Shown: positions 1 to 10,001, numbered from the stretch's first letter. The stretch is DNA of 64,000 bases from Planctomycetota bacterium (GCA_965223545.1 OZ245006.1:2336001-2400000); one strand, 5' to 3'. Made by a program: numbers and translations. Notes: a model not told the origin generated them from the sequence alone.

Positions 1-1854
1 TGGACACAGCGGTCGCCAGCGGCAAGCCCGAACGCCAGCACGATGACAGCAATGGCTTTCGACTCGGCGCGCGGCCGGACCATCCTGTTCGGCGGGCTCG
101 ACTCGCGCAGCCGAGCACAAGGTGAAACGTGGGCGTGGGATGGCGCGAACTGGACCCTGCGCTCACCGGCGTCGTCGCCTGGTCCCTGGGTGGGGCACGG
201 CATGGTCGAGGACCGGGCTAGGGGGCGTCTGGTCTTGTTCGGTGGTGGACCGTTCTTTCTGGGACGCACGAGTGCAACTTGGGAGTGGGACGGCTCGACC
301 TGGATCGACCGATCCTCCGCGAAGGCGCCGCCGCCTCGCACGTACGTCAGCATGGCGTACGACGCGCGCCGCCAGCGCGTCGTGGTCTATGGCGGATTTG
401 GGCCGGGCGGTGTGGTCCTTGGCGACACTTGGGAATGGGACGGGGCGGATTGGCAGCAGATCATGCCACCCAGTAGCCCCGGCCCGCGATTCTGGCACTC
501 GATGGCGTACGATGCAGTCAGTCAGCAGGTGGTGCTTTCCGGTGGCCAGAGTGGGACCGCCAGCTCGAGCGTCGTGCGCGACGTATGGCAGTGGAATGGC
601 ACGACGTGGACCGAGCGCGCGGCGTCGCCAGCACCGGCGGCGCGCCGAGAGACCGCGCTGACCTACGACCGGGATCGCGGCCGGGTGGTGCTCTACGGCG
701 GCCTGACCGACAGCGCGTACCCCTGGCGCTCGGACACCTGGGAGTGGGATGGCCGCCGATGGACGCCGCGGGACCCGTCGCGGAGTCCGAGGGTCCTGAC
801 TGGGCACCGGCTGGCCTACGACCGCGTCCGGAAGCGCACGGTGTTGTTCGGCGGTCAGGCGTGTCCGACGCCGCGGTCGACCTGGGAATGGGACGGGACC
901 GATTGGGACCTGAAGACGGTGGCGGAGTCGCCGCGCGGCCGGACCAGGCACGCGATGTTCTTCGACCCCAATCGAGGCACCGTCGTGGTCATGGGCGGTG
1001 TGTCGACCGATGGCGCGTGCCGGACCGGTCCGCCGCTGGATGACATGTGGGAGTGGGATGGCTCGCGCTGGAGTCTGATCACCGTGAGCCCTAGGCCGAG
1101 CGCGCGCGCCGGCGCCGCGGTCGCGTACGACGAGGCCCGTCGGCGAGTCGTGCTGTACGGCGGCACCGACGCCGCATCGTTCCGCCTCAACGACACGTGG
1201 GAGTGGGACGGATCCACCTGGCAGCTGCGCACGCCGACGCAAACCCCCGCGCATCGCGAGTTCTTCGCGGCCTACGACGCCCGGCGTCAGCGCGTCGTGC
1301 TCCACAACGGCAACGACCCGCCATGGGAATGGGACGGCACGAACTGGCAGCCAGCAGCCGCCGTCGCCCGGTCTCCGGTGTTCGGCCTCGCCTACCACGA
1401 GAACCAGGAGCACTTGCTCCTGCTAGCGGAGTACCAGGGCGAGACCGAGACTTGGCTGTACGGCGCTAGCCCGCTCGCGAGCCAGCAGGCGGTGGGCACA
1501 GGCTGCGGAGCGGTGCAGCTCGCGGCAATGGGCCAGCCGGTCCTCGGCAGTCCGCGATTCGCGTTGGACTTGGATACCGGCAAGCCCACGGCGCCGGCGG
1601 TGCTCCTGTTGTCGACCGGGCCGGCCAATATCCCGTTGGGCGGGGCCTGCACGCTACTGGTGGACATGACCGGCAGCTCGGCGGCGCTCGGGGTTGTGAC
1701 CAATGGCCGTGGTTGGGCTTCGCTCACGCTACCGGTGCCAAGTGCACCTGTGCTCGGCGGGAGCTCCCTATGGAGTCAGGCAGGGATTCTGGACGCCAGT
1801 CAGAGCGCCGGGGTCGCGTTGTCCTCGGCACTGCAACTCACGCTCGGGGTGTAG
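1..1854 (+). CDS. Kelch/beta-propeller repeat protein with C-terminal ~120-aa domain (5'-truncated by window edge)
   Basis: Frame open from base 1; at least 9 ~50-aa repeats 'MAYD..R.RVVL.GG.....DTWEWDG..W'; C-terminal 'GTGC...LPVPSAPVLGGSSLWSQAGILD...SSALQLTLG'. Confidence 0.85.
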   Translation, partial: WTQRSPAASPNASTMTAMAFDSARGRTILFGGLDSRSRAQGETWAWDGANWTLRSPASSPGPWVGHGMVEDRARGRLVLFGGGPFFLGRTSATWEWDGSTWIDRSSAKAPPPRTYVSMAYDARRQRVVVYGGFGPGGVVLGDTWEWDGADWQQIMPPSSPGPRFWHSMAYDAVSQQVVLSGGQSGTASSSVVRDVWQWNGTTWTERAASPAPAARRETALTYDRDRGRVVLYGGLTDSAYPWRSDTWEWDGRRWTPRDPSRSPRVLTGHRLAYDRVRKRTVLFGGQACPTPRSTWEWDGTDWDLKTVAESPRGRTRHAMFFDPNRGTVVVMGGVSTDGACRTGPPLDDMWEWDGSRWSLITVSPRPSARAGAAVAYDEARRRVVLYGGTDAASFRLNDTWEWDGSTWQLRTPTQTPAHREFFAAYDARRQRVVLHNGNDPPWEWDGTNWQPAAAVARSPVFGLAYHENQEHLLLLAEYQGETETWLYGASPLASQQAVGTGCGAVQLAAMGQPVLGSPRFALDLDTGKPTAPAVLLLSTGPANIPLGGACTLLVDMTGSSAALGVVTNGRGWASLTLPVPSAPVLGGSSLWSQAGILDASQSAGVALSSALQLTLGV

Positions 1855-1859
1855 CGCGC

Positions 1860-1934
1860 TCAGACCGGCGCGCGGCAGACCCCGCTTGCGTCGTGCAGAC
1901 GGTAGCTCGGCACTTGGGTTCGTTTCCTGCTCAC
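1860..1934 (-). pseudogene. Stub of a second tyrosine integrase (first 18 codons only)
   Basis: GTG-SRKRTQVPSYRLHDASG is near-identical to the start of the integrase at 16752, then diverges and stops after 24 codons. Confidence 0.8.
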
Positions 1935-2087
1935 GATTCGAACGGCAGCTTGCTGGTAGTGGACTACCCAAGAACCAGGCTTCAGCGGCCGCCCAGCTCG
2001 AGAGCTGGTTCACCCAAGGGCGCGATCAGCAAGTAGATAAACTGGTCGGAGCGACTGGATTTGAACCAGCGACCCCTACAACCCCAT
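1882..2087. repeat. Left copy of ~205-bp direct repeat (att-like; includes 45 bp of tRNA-Pro 3' end at 2043-2087)
   Basis: Aligns to 16700-16904 with 6 substitutions and 1 indel counted by eye; the 45-bp tRNA part is identical. Confidence 0.95.
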
Positions 2088-2640
2088 GGCACACTTTCTC
2101 GGTGCCGCAGCGACTGTAGCCTGTGGGCAGGAATCATCTTAGCGCAATTCGCACTCGTTGCAATCGATGCGTTCAGTCGTCCTAAGTCGCGCTTGTTCTG
2201 GTAGCCCAGGTAGTCCGTGGGTAGGGAATACTGCCTCGAATACCGGGACTCGACCTCTTCCTCCATGTTGTAGGGGTCGGCTGTTCGGGATGTCCACGTA
2301 CGCGAGGAAGCGAGCACAGCCGGAACCAGCCTGTCGAAGTCGGCCGACGACAGGCGCAGATCCGTCAACGGTGCATGGGTCAGCGTCGGCGGCAGAGGAA
2401 CCAGGGAACAGCGGCAGCAGCTGCCCGGTGGAGGCTCCCTGCTTGCCCCGCCCGCGGCCCACGTGCTCACCGACCACGACGCCGTTCTCGAAGTCTCCCG
2501 GCTACACCCGGGGACCGTTCCAGTCCAAGTCTTAGCCGCGCGCTTCGAGCGCTGGAAAGGCGAAGTAGGAAGTAGACTGCCTACCCGCCGCGCTCAACCG
2601 CCTGAATGCGGAGCTTCGCCTCGGACCTTCGCTGTTTGAA

Positions 2641-2805
2641 CGAGTCTTGGATCGCAAGGGCAATCCAGTATCCGACGCGACGCTGATGCTCGCGCTGGCG
2701 ACCCTGCAGAACGACGCCAAAGAGGTCGACGCCGAGGGACACTACCGCTTCGACGACCTCGCCGGCGACGAGTGGTCGATAACGATCGACGCGGAAAAAT
2801 CGCTG
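2641..2805 (+). pseudogene. Relic of a carboxypeptidase-regulatory-like (prealbumin-fold) domain
   Basis: RVLDRKGNPVSDATL...DAEGHYRFDDLAGDEWSITIDA matches the typical pattern; no proper start; the frame runs on into the antisense of the PLD 3' end. Confidence 0.45.
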
Positions 2806-2808
2806 AAC

Positions 2809-4485
2809 TCAACAAACAGTCTCAACATTCATGAGGAGGTCGCGTATCAACTTCCTGAGCTGCTCCCAAAGGAGCGCCCCGATCTTTATCCGAATGTCGC
2901 CAAACACGAAGTCGGATGCCGGTAGGCTTCTAAACTTTGCGAGAGCCTCACGCACCGTCATCTCAGTTTCGCTTGGCAGGTTGAGTTCACTGAGAATAGC
3001 TTCAAGCAAAGAAATCCAGTCCGTCGGCGTAGTTGTCCTAGGTGGTGAATGGTGGCATACGGCGTGATGAACTTTGCTTGGACTCCTCCAGCTGGATCTC
3101 GTGCAGTCCGGCCAGTACTGTAACGCTGCAATCGGATCCCGGAGAAGGTGATTCGGGACACGCAAATGTTCTGCCCATAGTTTAACCCGTAGTTCATGTG
3201 CGAACCGACACACGGTGACCTTCTCGCCGTCCATGGCCCCAGTAAGCGTGTCCTCATCGACAACTGCAACGCCCAACTCGCTGTCCGTAGTGGCGCTACG
3301 CTTGTTGATATTCATACTGCCGATTGTCGCGTAGCAATCGTCCACAATCATGAGTTTCGAGTGAACGTAGACCTGCTGACTCCCAGGATTTTGCTCTAAG
3401 TGAAACGCGAACACTTGGCCCTTGGACCACCCCTTGATCTTTTGGAGACATTCCCGACGCATATCGTAGTGGATCGCATCCATCGGGGCAGGGAGGTCGT
3501 AGTCTCGCGCAAGAACAATCACGACTTTCAGTTTCGCGTTCGATCGGACAGCTAAAGCCAATCGGTCAACAACCCGGCATGGCCAAAGATACTGTTCTTC
3601 TATGTAGATGAAGTGCTCGGCGCGAACGATCGCCCGCTCATATGCAAGTTGACAAGTTTGCTCGCCCCTGGGGGCGAAGCTATAGACGTTCTTGCAGACC
3701 AAGGTCCGGTGCACCTGAATGTGTTGCCTGCCGGCAGACGCCGGCGGTGGAGGGAGTGACCCAACTGGAGGTGGGGCACCGATTCGTGGCGGGGAAGCCG
3801 TGGGAACAGGGCTTGGGGAGCGCGCAGGAGGCCTTGGGTCGTCCCATCTCTCACGGAAATTCTCCCAAACTTGAGTAACGGCAGGCCCACGAATTCCGCA
3901 TTGCACGTCGTGCCATGCATCCAAGAACTCTCTCTGCCTGGCCGGGTGGCTCTTGTGGCTTGGCATGTCCCAGCGATCCAGGGCGATGTCAATACCTCCA
4001 ACGTACGCCCACCAACTTCCTGGTGATTGCACTATTATGAACTTCTGATGATGCGAGGAGCGCTTGTGAAGAAGGCGCTCGTCTAGGATTCCATGGCCTC
4101 CAGCCTTGATCACGGCCTTCGTAAAATCTACATTTCCTTTGGGATGCGCAGTGAGCTGCGAGTTAACTAGCGCTATAGAAGACCCGACCACGTACCAGAG
4201 CATAGATCGGATACGAACACCGGCTATGCCGAGGCTGGTAACTACATCGACAAACTTCACCGGCGATGGCCCAACCAACGGTTGCAAGTGCTGATCAGGG
4301 CTAACGCGCCAACCGGCGATGTAAATCTCGTTTCCATCGACCATCTTGGCCACCCGAGAAGCCACGTGGTCGAAGTACGCCTGGCCGTCGACTAGAGCGA
4401 GCGCGCTGTTCTCGGATGTGTACGCGGGACTTCTTGGTATATGCCGTGCAGGTAAAAACCAGTGGTCAGGGTCAGTATTCGCCAC
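2809..4485 (-). CDS. Phospholipase D family protein (eukaryote-like two-domain type)
   Basis: SHHQKFIIVQ (variant HKD), GGIDIALDRWD, WHD, IYIEEQY, VYVHSKLMIVDD...GSMNIN; GGGAGG RBS 7 nt before the GTG. Confidence 0.9.
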   Translation of the reverse strand: MANTDPDHWFLPARHIPRSPAYTSENSALALVDGQAYFDHVASRVAKMVDGNEIYIAGWRVSPDQHLQPLVGPSPVKFVDVVTSLGIAGVRIRSMLWYVVGSSIALVNSQLTAHPKGNVDFTKAVIKAGGHGILDERLLHKRSSHHQKFIIVQSPGSWWAYVGGIDIALDRWDMPSHKSHPARQREFLDAWHDVQCGIRGPAVTQVWENFRERWDDPRPPARSPSPVPTASPPRIGAPPPVGSLPPPPASAGRQHIQVHRTLVCKNVYSFAPRGEQTCQLAYERAIVRAEHFIYIEEQYLWPCRVVDRLALAVRSNAKLKVVIVLARDYDLPAPMDAIHYDMRRECLQKIKGWSKGQVFAFHLEQNPGSQQVYVHSKLMIVDDCYATIGSMNINKRSATTDSELGVAVVDEDTLTGAMDGEKVTVCRFAHELRVKLWAEHLRVPNHLLRDPIAALQYWPDCTRSSWRSPSKVHHAVCHHSPPRTTTPTDWISLLEAILSELNLPSETEMTVREALAKFRSLPASDFVFGDIRIKIGALLWEQLRKLIRDLLMNVETVC

Positions 4486-4497
4486 GTTGCAACCTCC

Positions 4498-7275
4498 CTA
4501 GACCTGCCGCCCCGTCTTTGGGTCATAGGAGACTTCTACAGGGACAATTTGATCCGTTGGCAACACCTCAATCCACTGGTCGAAGACCTCGAACGGCTCA
4601 TTTCCTGGTTGAGCACGAAAACCTCCCTGAAGTGGGTAGAAGCCGTGCTCATAGACTTTGTCGAGTGGAGTCGCACTCACCTTGTTGTCGTCGCTGACCT
4701 CTTCGGTCGGGTATCGTCCGACCTCCAGTGACGCTTCGTGCTTTTCTTTCACGACATCACACAAATGATTGATCGCATCGAGTACGGTCGGTTCCACACC
4801 GCCATGTGGTATGCTAGCCAGCTCATCGGGCGGGGCTATATAAACGTCCGCGAGCCCTTCGGTGCCTTCGACCTCGACTTGTTGCAGCCAATTCATGGCA
4901 GCACGCTCTTTGCCCGGACGAATGGGAATCACGGCCTTGACCCAAGGCGCGTTCAAGAAAGCGTTGCGCATGTTGTCGCCATCAAGTTGAAGTAGCCAGC
5001 CTAAGGAGCTACCAAGCTTTGCAGTGGCAGAGTCTTCGGTTATGTAGTAGTTATCTTTGCGTCCTTCGCCAGAACCGCCCCATGACACCGTTTCGCTTGG
5101 CGCAACCTGTGTCTGCGTGGAAGTATTTGCGGGCGCCATGTTCGACTTCTCGTGCTCTGCTAGTGCGTAGGCCGCCAGTGTCTTGTAGCTTGTTGTGCCG
5201 TTCGTTGCACTGGGCGCCCCGAGGTCCTGGTGACTCTGATGGAGACGTGGACGCCACCACTCCGGGGCCACGAAGTAGAGCATCTTGTCAACGTCGAAAA
5301 TAGTATTGATCAGCTCAGATACAACGTGCCGCGTCCGGTCGTCAGGGGCCGGAATTGTCTTCGTGAGCATGTCTTGAATGAGACTTCGGTAAACAACGAT
5401 CCGCTCCTCGTCTCGAAGCTCCTCAAACTTCCGTGGCTCGATGTTGCTGGCGAGCTTGATTCGCTCGCGGGCAGATTTGACGAAGGCTTCTTCATATGCG
5501 CGACGTTCTTTAGCTGTAAAAAGAGCGAACTTCGCCTCGTTCTCCGTTGTGATCTCCTTAATGGTGGCATCGGTCGGAACCCATCGAATATTTGCCGTAA
5601 CTCGAATCGGCGAGTTGCCGCGGAAGTTCACGTAGTCGAGGTAGATGCCAAACTTGATCTTACCCGGTGTCGGCTTCTCTAAGTCCGTGTGATGCAGCCG
5701 CACGTCATTACCGTTCAAATCCCACGTAATACTCTCAAACTCATAACCCGGTTGATCGCATATTGCTGTGTAGCCATCGAACTGCGCTTGGATTCTCTCG
5801 CGATCTCCTTCAAACATATCCGTATCTACCTCAACCCCGTTCTTGAATCCTTCGTCAAGATCACCTCGACCCTTGGACGTCTGCACGAACGGAATGTCGA
5901 TCGCGACTTCGGTTGTGGTCGGTTCTGGTAGCGGAATAGACTCCGGTGGTGGCGTGCTGCTGAGATCCGGCTTCTTCGAGGCGTGTATGAGCTCGGCAAC
6001 ACCGAGCTGCTTCCCAGGATCGTCGACGTAGGTCTGCCAACACAGATATGTTCCGATATCTTGCACTTGCACACCAACCTGACGCATTTTGCGGCGGAGC
6101 TCGTAGTTGAGAAGGTCGGGAGTATTGTTGCTCAAAACAAAGCGCTTGCTCGAAACGTCCGTGATCTCAGAGACGGTACGGAATGTTGAGGTGTAGTTCC
6201 TGCGAATCTCCGTCGAAAGCTTCTCGGTCTGTTGGCGCATGTGTCGATGCGTGGTCTCGCGAGCTTTTACCTGTGTCTTTGCAAGGTCGATACTCGCAGA
6301 TGCGCTGGCGCTACCCCCAATCCAGCTCTGGTGCGCAGTTGCGTTCATTCCGAACTTCGTGTCGGATTGATTGCTTTGCTTTACAGCTTCCGACAATTCG
6401 TCCTCCTCCGTAGTTGACTTTTCCGTTTTGACCGTCGTGTCGATACTACTTTCGAATGTTCGCTCGATAATGGTTTTTCGCGTGCTTACCTCCATCAGCT
6501 CAACCGTGGCTCCAGGACTCAGCCAGACGTGCTGGACCGAAGGCCCCAAAAACGTGTCGAGCTCGAAGAAGTACTGACGGAATAGATGGACGATACCGAT
6601 CGGAGAGAGACTGACCCGATCAATCTCACTGCTCGGATCAATTACGTCTAACGGATCTTCGTACTGTAGAGCAGCAATCAATCGGTCTGTGGTGTCATTT
6701 GCATAAAACATGCTCCTGAGTTTGGTGTAGTTCTTTGCGCGCCTCAGACGTAGCAAGTGCCCTGCAACCTTCGATTCTCGAGTAAGCTGCTCGGCAACCA
6801 ATTGGTTGATTTGAGAAAGGGACTTGCCTTGTTGTAGAAGATCGTCAGAGGAACGCTCATACCAACTTGAGGTCTCAGCCACTACTTGCTGGTTGAGAAC
6901 GGCCTGGACCTTGTCATCGCTCAGCAAAGTTTCCCATACGCCGTCGTCGTAATCGACGCTCTTGGGCAACGCTTTGGCCAGCTCGTTCACCAGGAAACTG
7001 CTGGTTTGAACGAGCGGCTTTGCCACCAGATCGGACGGCGTGATTTCAGCGATGCTCGCAACACGCCCTTGGCCATCAAGCTGTGCCGCAAAGTGAGGTG
7101 TTGACTGCTCGTACAGAGCTTCGTAGAGCTCCATTTTGTCATTGGCAAACCCCTTGGCGATCCGGCGCTGAATGCGTTGTGAACGCCAACCTAGCATCGG
7201 CTGATAGACACCGAAGATTTCGCTAGCGTAGGGGATGATTCCTGTATACGGAGCTAGGTTCGTGGACTTCTTCAT
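4498..7275 (-). CDS. 925-aa protein of unknown function with central Ser/Thr-rich segment
   Basis: Long ORF with normal composition in the low-GC region; its TAG stop overlaps the PLD RBS; no recognisable catalytic motif or signal peptide. Confidence 0.85.
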   Translation of the reverse strand: MKKSTNLAPYTGIIPYASEIFGVYQPMLGWRSQRIQRRIAKGFANDKMELYEALYEQSTPHFAAQLDGQGRVASIAEITPSDLVAKPLVQTSSFLVNELAKALPKSVDYDDGVWETLLSDDKVQAVLNQQVVAETSSWYERSSDDLLQQGKSLSQINQLVAEQLTRESKVAGHLLRLRRAKNYTKLRSMFYANDTTDRLIAALQYEDPLDVIDPSSEIDRVSLSPIGIVHLFRQYFFELDTFLGPSVQHVWLSPGATVELMEVSTRKTIIERTFESSIDTTVKTEKSTTEEDELSEAVKQSNQSDTKFGMNATAHQSWIGGSASASASIDLAKTQVKARETTHRHMRQQTEKLSTEIRRNYTSTFRTVSEITDVSSKRFVLSNNTPDLLNYELRRKMRQVGVQVQDIGTYLCWQTYVDDPGKQLGVAELIHASKKPDLSSTPPPESIPLPEPTTTEVAIDIPFVQTSKGRGDLDEGFKNGVEVDTDMFEGDRERIQAQFDGYTAICDQPGYEFESITWDLNGNDVRLHHTDLEKPTPGKIKFGIYLDYVNFRGNSPIRVTANIRWVPTDATIKEITTENEAKFALFTAKERRAYEEAFVKSARERIKLASNIEPRKFEELRDEERIVVYRSLIQDMLTKTIPAPDDRTRHVVSELINTIFDVDKMLYFVAPEWWRPRLHQSHQDLGAPSATNGTTSYKTLAAYALAEHEKSNMAPANTSTQTQVAPSETVSWGGSGEGRKDNYYITEDSATAKLGSSLGWLLQLDGDNMRNAFLNAPWVKAVIPIRPGKERAAMNWLQQVEVEGTEGLADVYIAPPDELASIPHGGVEPTVLDAINHLCDVVKEKHEASLEVGRYPTEEVSDDNKVSATPLDKVYEHGFYPLQGGFRAQPGNEPFEVFDQWIEVLPTDQIVPVEVSYDPKTGRQV

Positions 7276-7372
7276 GCTTCGCTAGGGTTGGTTGCCGGCA
7301 TCGACCGGGGCTTGCGCGGATTGGAACGCAATTCGGTACCCCTGATTCCTCAGCCGTAGTGGTGATATCTGT

Positions 7373-7909
7373 TTAGGCAGCCCGATTGCGTTGGATTGCG
7401 AATGCGATGCGTACGGATCCCGCGGCAGCGTCGACGCCTTTCCATGTACGCGTCAAAAGACAAATGCGCTCAATGGCATCGATTCTTCCCAGCAGAGCAG
7501 CACTTCTCCGGCGCTCTCTCGGTCCCTTACCAAATCTCAGTCTGGGAGAGCTCGATGGGCTTGCATGCCTCCCGGTTAACGACTGCGTCACCTGCCCTCT
7601 CGGGAGCGAGGCTCGGCGCAGGGATGATGACCGGGCAGCTTCGAGGATGTCGCCCTGCTTCGGTGTGACCAGCAGACTACCTCGCTCTTGGGGCGGCAGT
7701 TCGATGCAGGCAACCCAGCGGAGAACGTCTGCGGAAGCTGCCGGGAACGAGCTGGCTTCACCTACCTGTGCGTTTCGGTGACCGTTGGCAGCTCGGCCCA
7801 TCAGAGCCTGCTCAACCCGATCGCGGAGTAGTTCGCCGACAGAGGTCCTCTGCTCTAGAGTGAGAGACTCGAGCTGCTGCCTTAATTCTGGGGCCATCTG
7901 AATGCCCAT
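7373..7909 (-). CDS. Putative ribbon-helix-helix (CopG/Arc-like) regulator; C-terminal part doubtful
   Basis: IQMAPELRQQLESLTLEQRTSVGELLRDRVEQAL fits the RHH pattern; AGGAG at the 5' end. Confidence 0.45.
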   Translation of the reverse strand: MGIQMAPELRQQLESLTLEQRTSVGELLRDRVEQALMGRAANGHRNAQVGEASSFPAASADVLRWVACIELPPQERGSLLVTPKQGDILEAARSSSLRRASLPRGQVTQSLTGRHASPSSSPRLRFGKGPRERRRSAALLGRIDAIERICLLTRTWKGVDAAAGSVRIAFAIQRNRAA

Positions 7910-8447
7910 CTCCTAAAAGTCTAGCAGAGAACGACGTCGGACGCATGCCCTGCCACGTAGGTGCCTGAGAGGACTTCCCTTACCCGTCTTCGTCAAGTGT
8001 CACCCGCCACGCTGATTGGCCCCTCACGAACTCGGCGAGCTCAAGCGAAGCACGACGAAGCGTTTCATCAGCAGGCGAGCGCGGGGTTGAGGTTACAGGG
8101 TTGGGATGCGTCCTTTGAAGTAGATGGCAAACTGGCCGACCACGCGCTCCAGTTCCTGAGCGCTCTGTTCCACTTCTTGTCGCAGCGCCTGAGCGCGCGG
8201 CGTCCGTTGCCCTCCAGATGTGGCGCTCGACGATACAGACCACGACTTTGGCTCTCGGACGACCCTCTACTACAAAGACCCTGAAAAGACACAAGTGATC
8301 GCCGGCGCGTTCTCCTACTGCGGCAGCCGTACCTTCATCTCAACAGGCATTCAAAGCTCGTAGCCGCTTACCGTTTAGCGCCAAGTGTCGGTAAGCGTCC
8401 GGTGACGCCATGGCGGCCAGCGGTTGAAAAGCGACCGCCGACGCGTC

Positions 8448-10001
8448 TCAGCAGGACTGGCCGGCAGCGCGTGCCTTCGCCCATCCCCAGGGCGTGAGTT
8501 CGGCGATGCGCGACGACGGCGTGGTGGCGACGGCGACCAGGACGTCCTCGAGGTAGCGCTCGACGTTGACCTTCGCCAGCTTGCAGCTGAGCACGATCGA
8601 GTAGAGGCGAGCTGCCACGTTGCCACCCTTCTCGCTGGCGAGCGTCATCCAGTTCTTCCGGCCGGTCACGACGTGGCGCAGGTCACGCTCGGTGTCGTTG
8701 TTGTGGATCGGCAGCCGGCCGTCGTCGAGGTGCGCGAGCAACGGGTTCCGCTGCCGGATGGCGTAGCTCACCGCCTTGCGAAGCAGCTCGTTGCCCGCGG
8801 TCGCCGGGTCCTCTTGGAGGCTGAACACGATCTCGTAGAGGCCGTGGAGCACCGCTTTGGATCTGCGGCTGCGAACGGTCTCACGCAGTTCGATGAGGGC
8901 TTCACGGGTCAGGTTCCGGTCCTTCGCTCGGGACAGTACGGCGCGCTCGATCCAGAAAAGCCTCTGGATCGGTCGCAGCGCCAAACCAGCCCGTGATGCA
9001 CCAGCAGTGAGCGCATCCCGAAACTTCCGACGGGCGTGCGCCCAGCACCCAGCCCGCGTGATCGCGTTCTGCTGCGCTTTCGGGTTCACACCGTCGTAGC
9101 CATCGGTCAACAAGGTCCCGGACCACGCGCCGAGAAAAGCGTTGGGCCCCTTCGCGGATCGATTGTCCCTGAAGTCGGCCACGACCATCTCGTTGGGGCT
9201 GCCGCGAGCGCTCCGCCAGGCCCAGAGCACACCGCGCCGGGTGCCCTTCTGGCCTTCCAGTCGCACCCTGATCGGGGTCTCGTCGGCTTGAAGAACATCT
9301 TCTTGAAGCAGCTGGCGCCGCATCTCGGCCAGGATCGGACGCGCCGCGATCTCGTCGAAGCGCGCCAGCATGTCCCACATGGTCTGCTTCGGGACGTGCG
9401 CCCCGAAGCGGCGGAAGATCCCCTGCAGGCGGTTCAGCGGCAGGTGGTCGCCGTACTTCGCTGTGACGAGATGCGCGTAGACGGAGGGCTCGTACTTCGC
9501 CTTCTCGACGACGCCGGCAGGCATCGACGCCATCTTCATCCTGTGCCCGTGCGGGCACGCGTACTTGTTGCGCACGTAGCGCTTCACGACCAACCGCGCT
9601 GGGATGATGTGGCCACGCTCGGTGACGTCAGTCCCGATGCAGTGCATGGCTTCGCCGCACTCGGGGCAGCAGCGCTCCGCTTCCGGCACGTCGACCTCGA
9701 CGACATGCCGATCCAGGTGCTCGGCGAACTGACCGCGACCGTGACCGCGCTTCCGCTTCTTCTTCGGGTCAGGCTTCGCGAGTTCGCTCGACTGCTCCGC
9801 TTCCTGCGCCTGCTTCTGCAGCTCTTCGAGCTGCGCGACGCCGGCCTCGAACAGCAGCAGTTGGTTCGGATTGATGTGCTCGCGGCGCCGTCCGAACGTG
9901 CGCTGCTTCATCAGTTCGAGCTGCCCGCGAAGGCGCTCGATCTCGGCGCGCAGCTTGACGATCGTCGAGTTGGCTTCGTCGAGGTCCGTGAGCGGCGTCA
10001 C
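8448..10001 (-). CDS. tnpC: IS66 transposase TnpC
   Basis: Coiled coil, CPECG zinc finger, HLPLNR, LQADET, TDGY, CWAHARRKF, NNDTERDLR. Confidence 0.97.
   Translation of the reverse strand: MTPLTDLDEANSTIVKLRAEIERLRGQLELMKQRTFGRRREHINPNQLLLFEAGVAQLEELQKQAQEAEQSSELAKPDPKKKRKRGHGRGQFAEHLDRHVVEVDVPEAERCCPECGEAMHCIGTDVTERGHIIPARLVVKRYVRNKYACPHGHRMKMASMPAGVVEKAKYEPSVYAHLVTAKYGDHLPLNRLQGIFRRFGAHVPKQTMWDMLARFDEIAARPILAEMRRQLLQEDVLQADETPIRVRLEGQKGTRRGVLWAWRSARGSPNEMVVADFRDNRSAKGPNAFLGAWSGTLLTDGYDGVNPKAQQNAITRAGCWAHARRKFRDALTAGASRAGLALRPIQRLFWIERAVLSRAKDRNLTREALIELRETVRSRRSKAVLHGLYEIVFSLQEDPATAGNELLRKAVSYAIRQRNPLLAHLDDGRLPIHNNDTERDLRHVVTGRKNWMTLASEKGGNVAARLYSIVLSCKLAKVNVERYLEDVLVAVATTPSSRIAELTPWGWAKARAAGQSC

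Noticed and set aside
2043..2087. Second tRNA-Pro gene
   Set aside because: Only the 3' 45 nt are present; the D-arm and 5' acceptor strand are missing, so it is an att remnant
2090..2640. Short overlapping ORFs at the island's left end
   Set aside because: No recognisable motif or consistent start; probably decayed sequence
8364..8371. Extra IS66-like end (CCGCTTAC) near the IS66 left end
   Set aside because: Only 7-8 bp with no partner IR or transposase; compatible with chance
7961..8380. Short ORFs between the RHH-like gene and IS66
   Set aside because: Protein-like fragments on both strands but no supportable start or family
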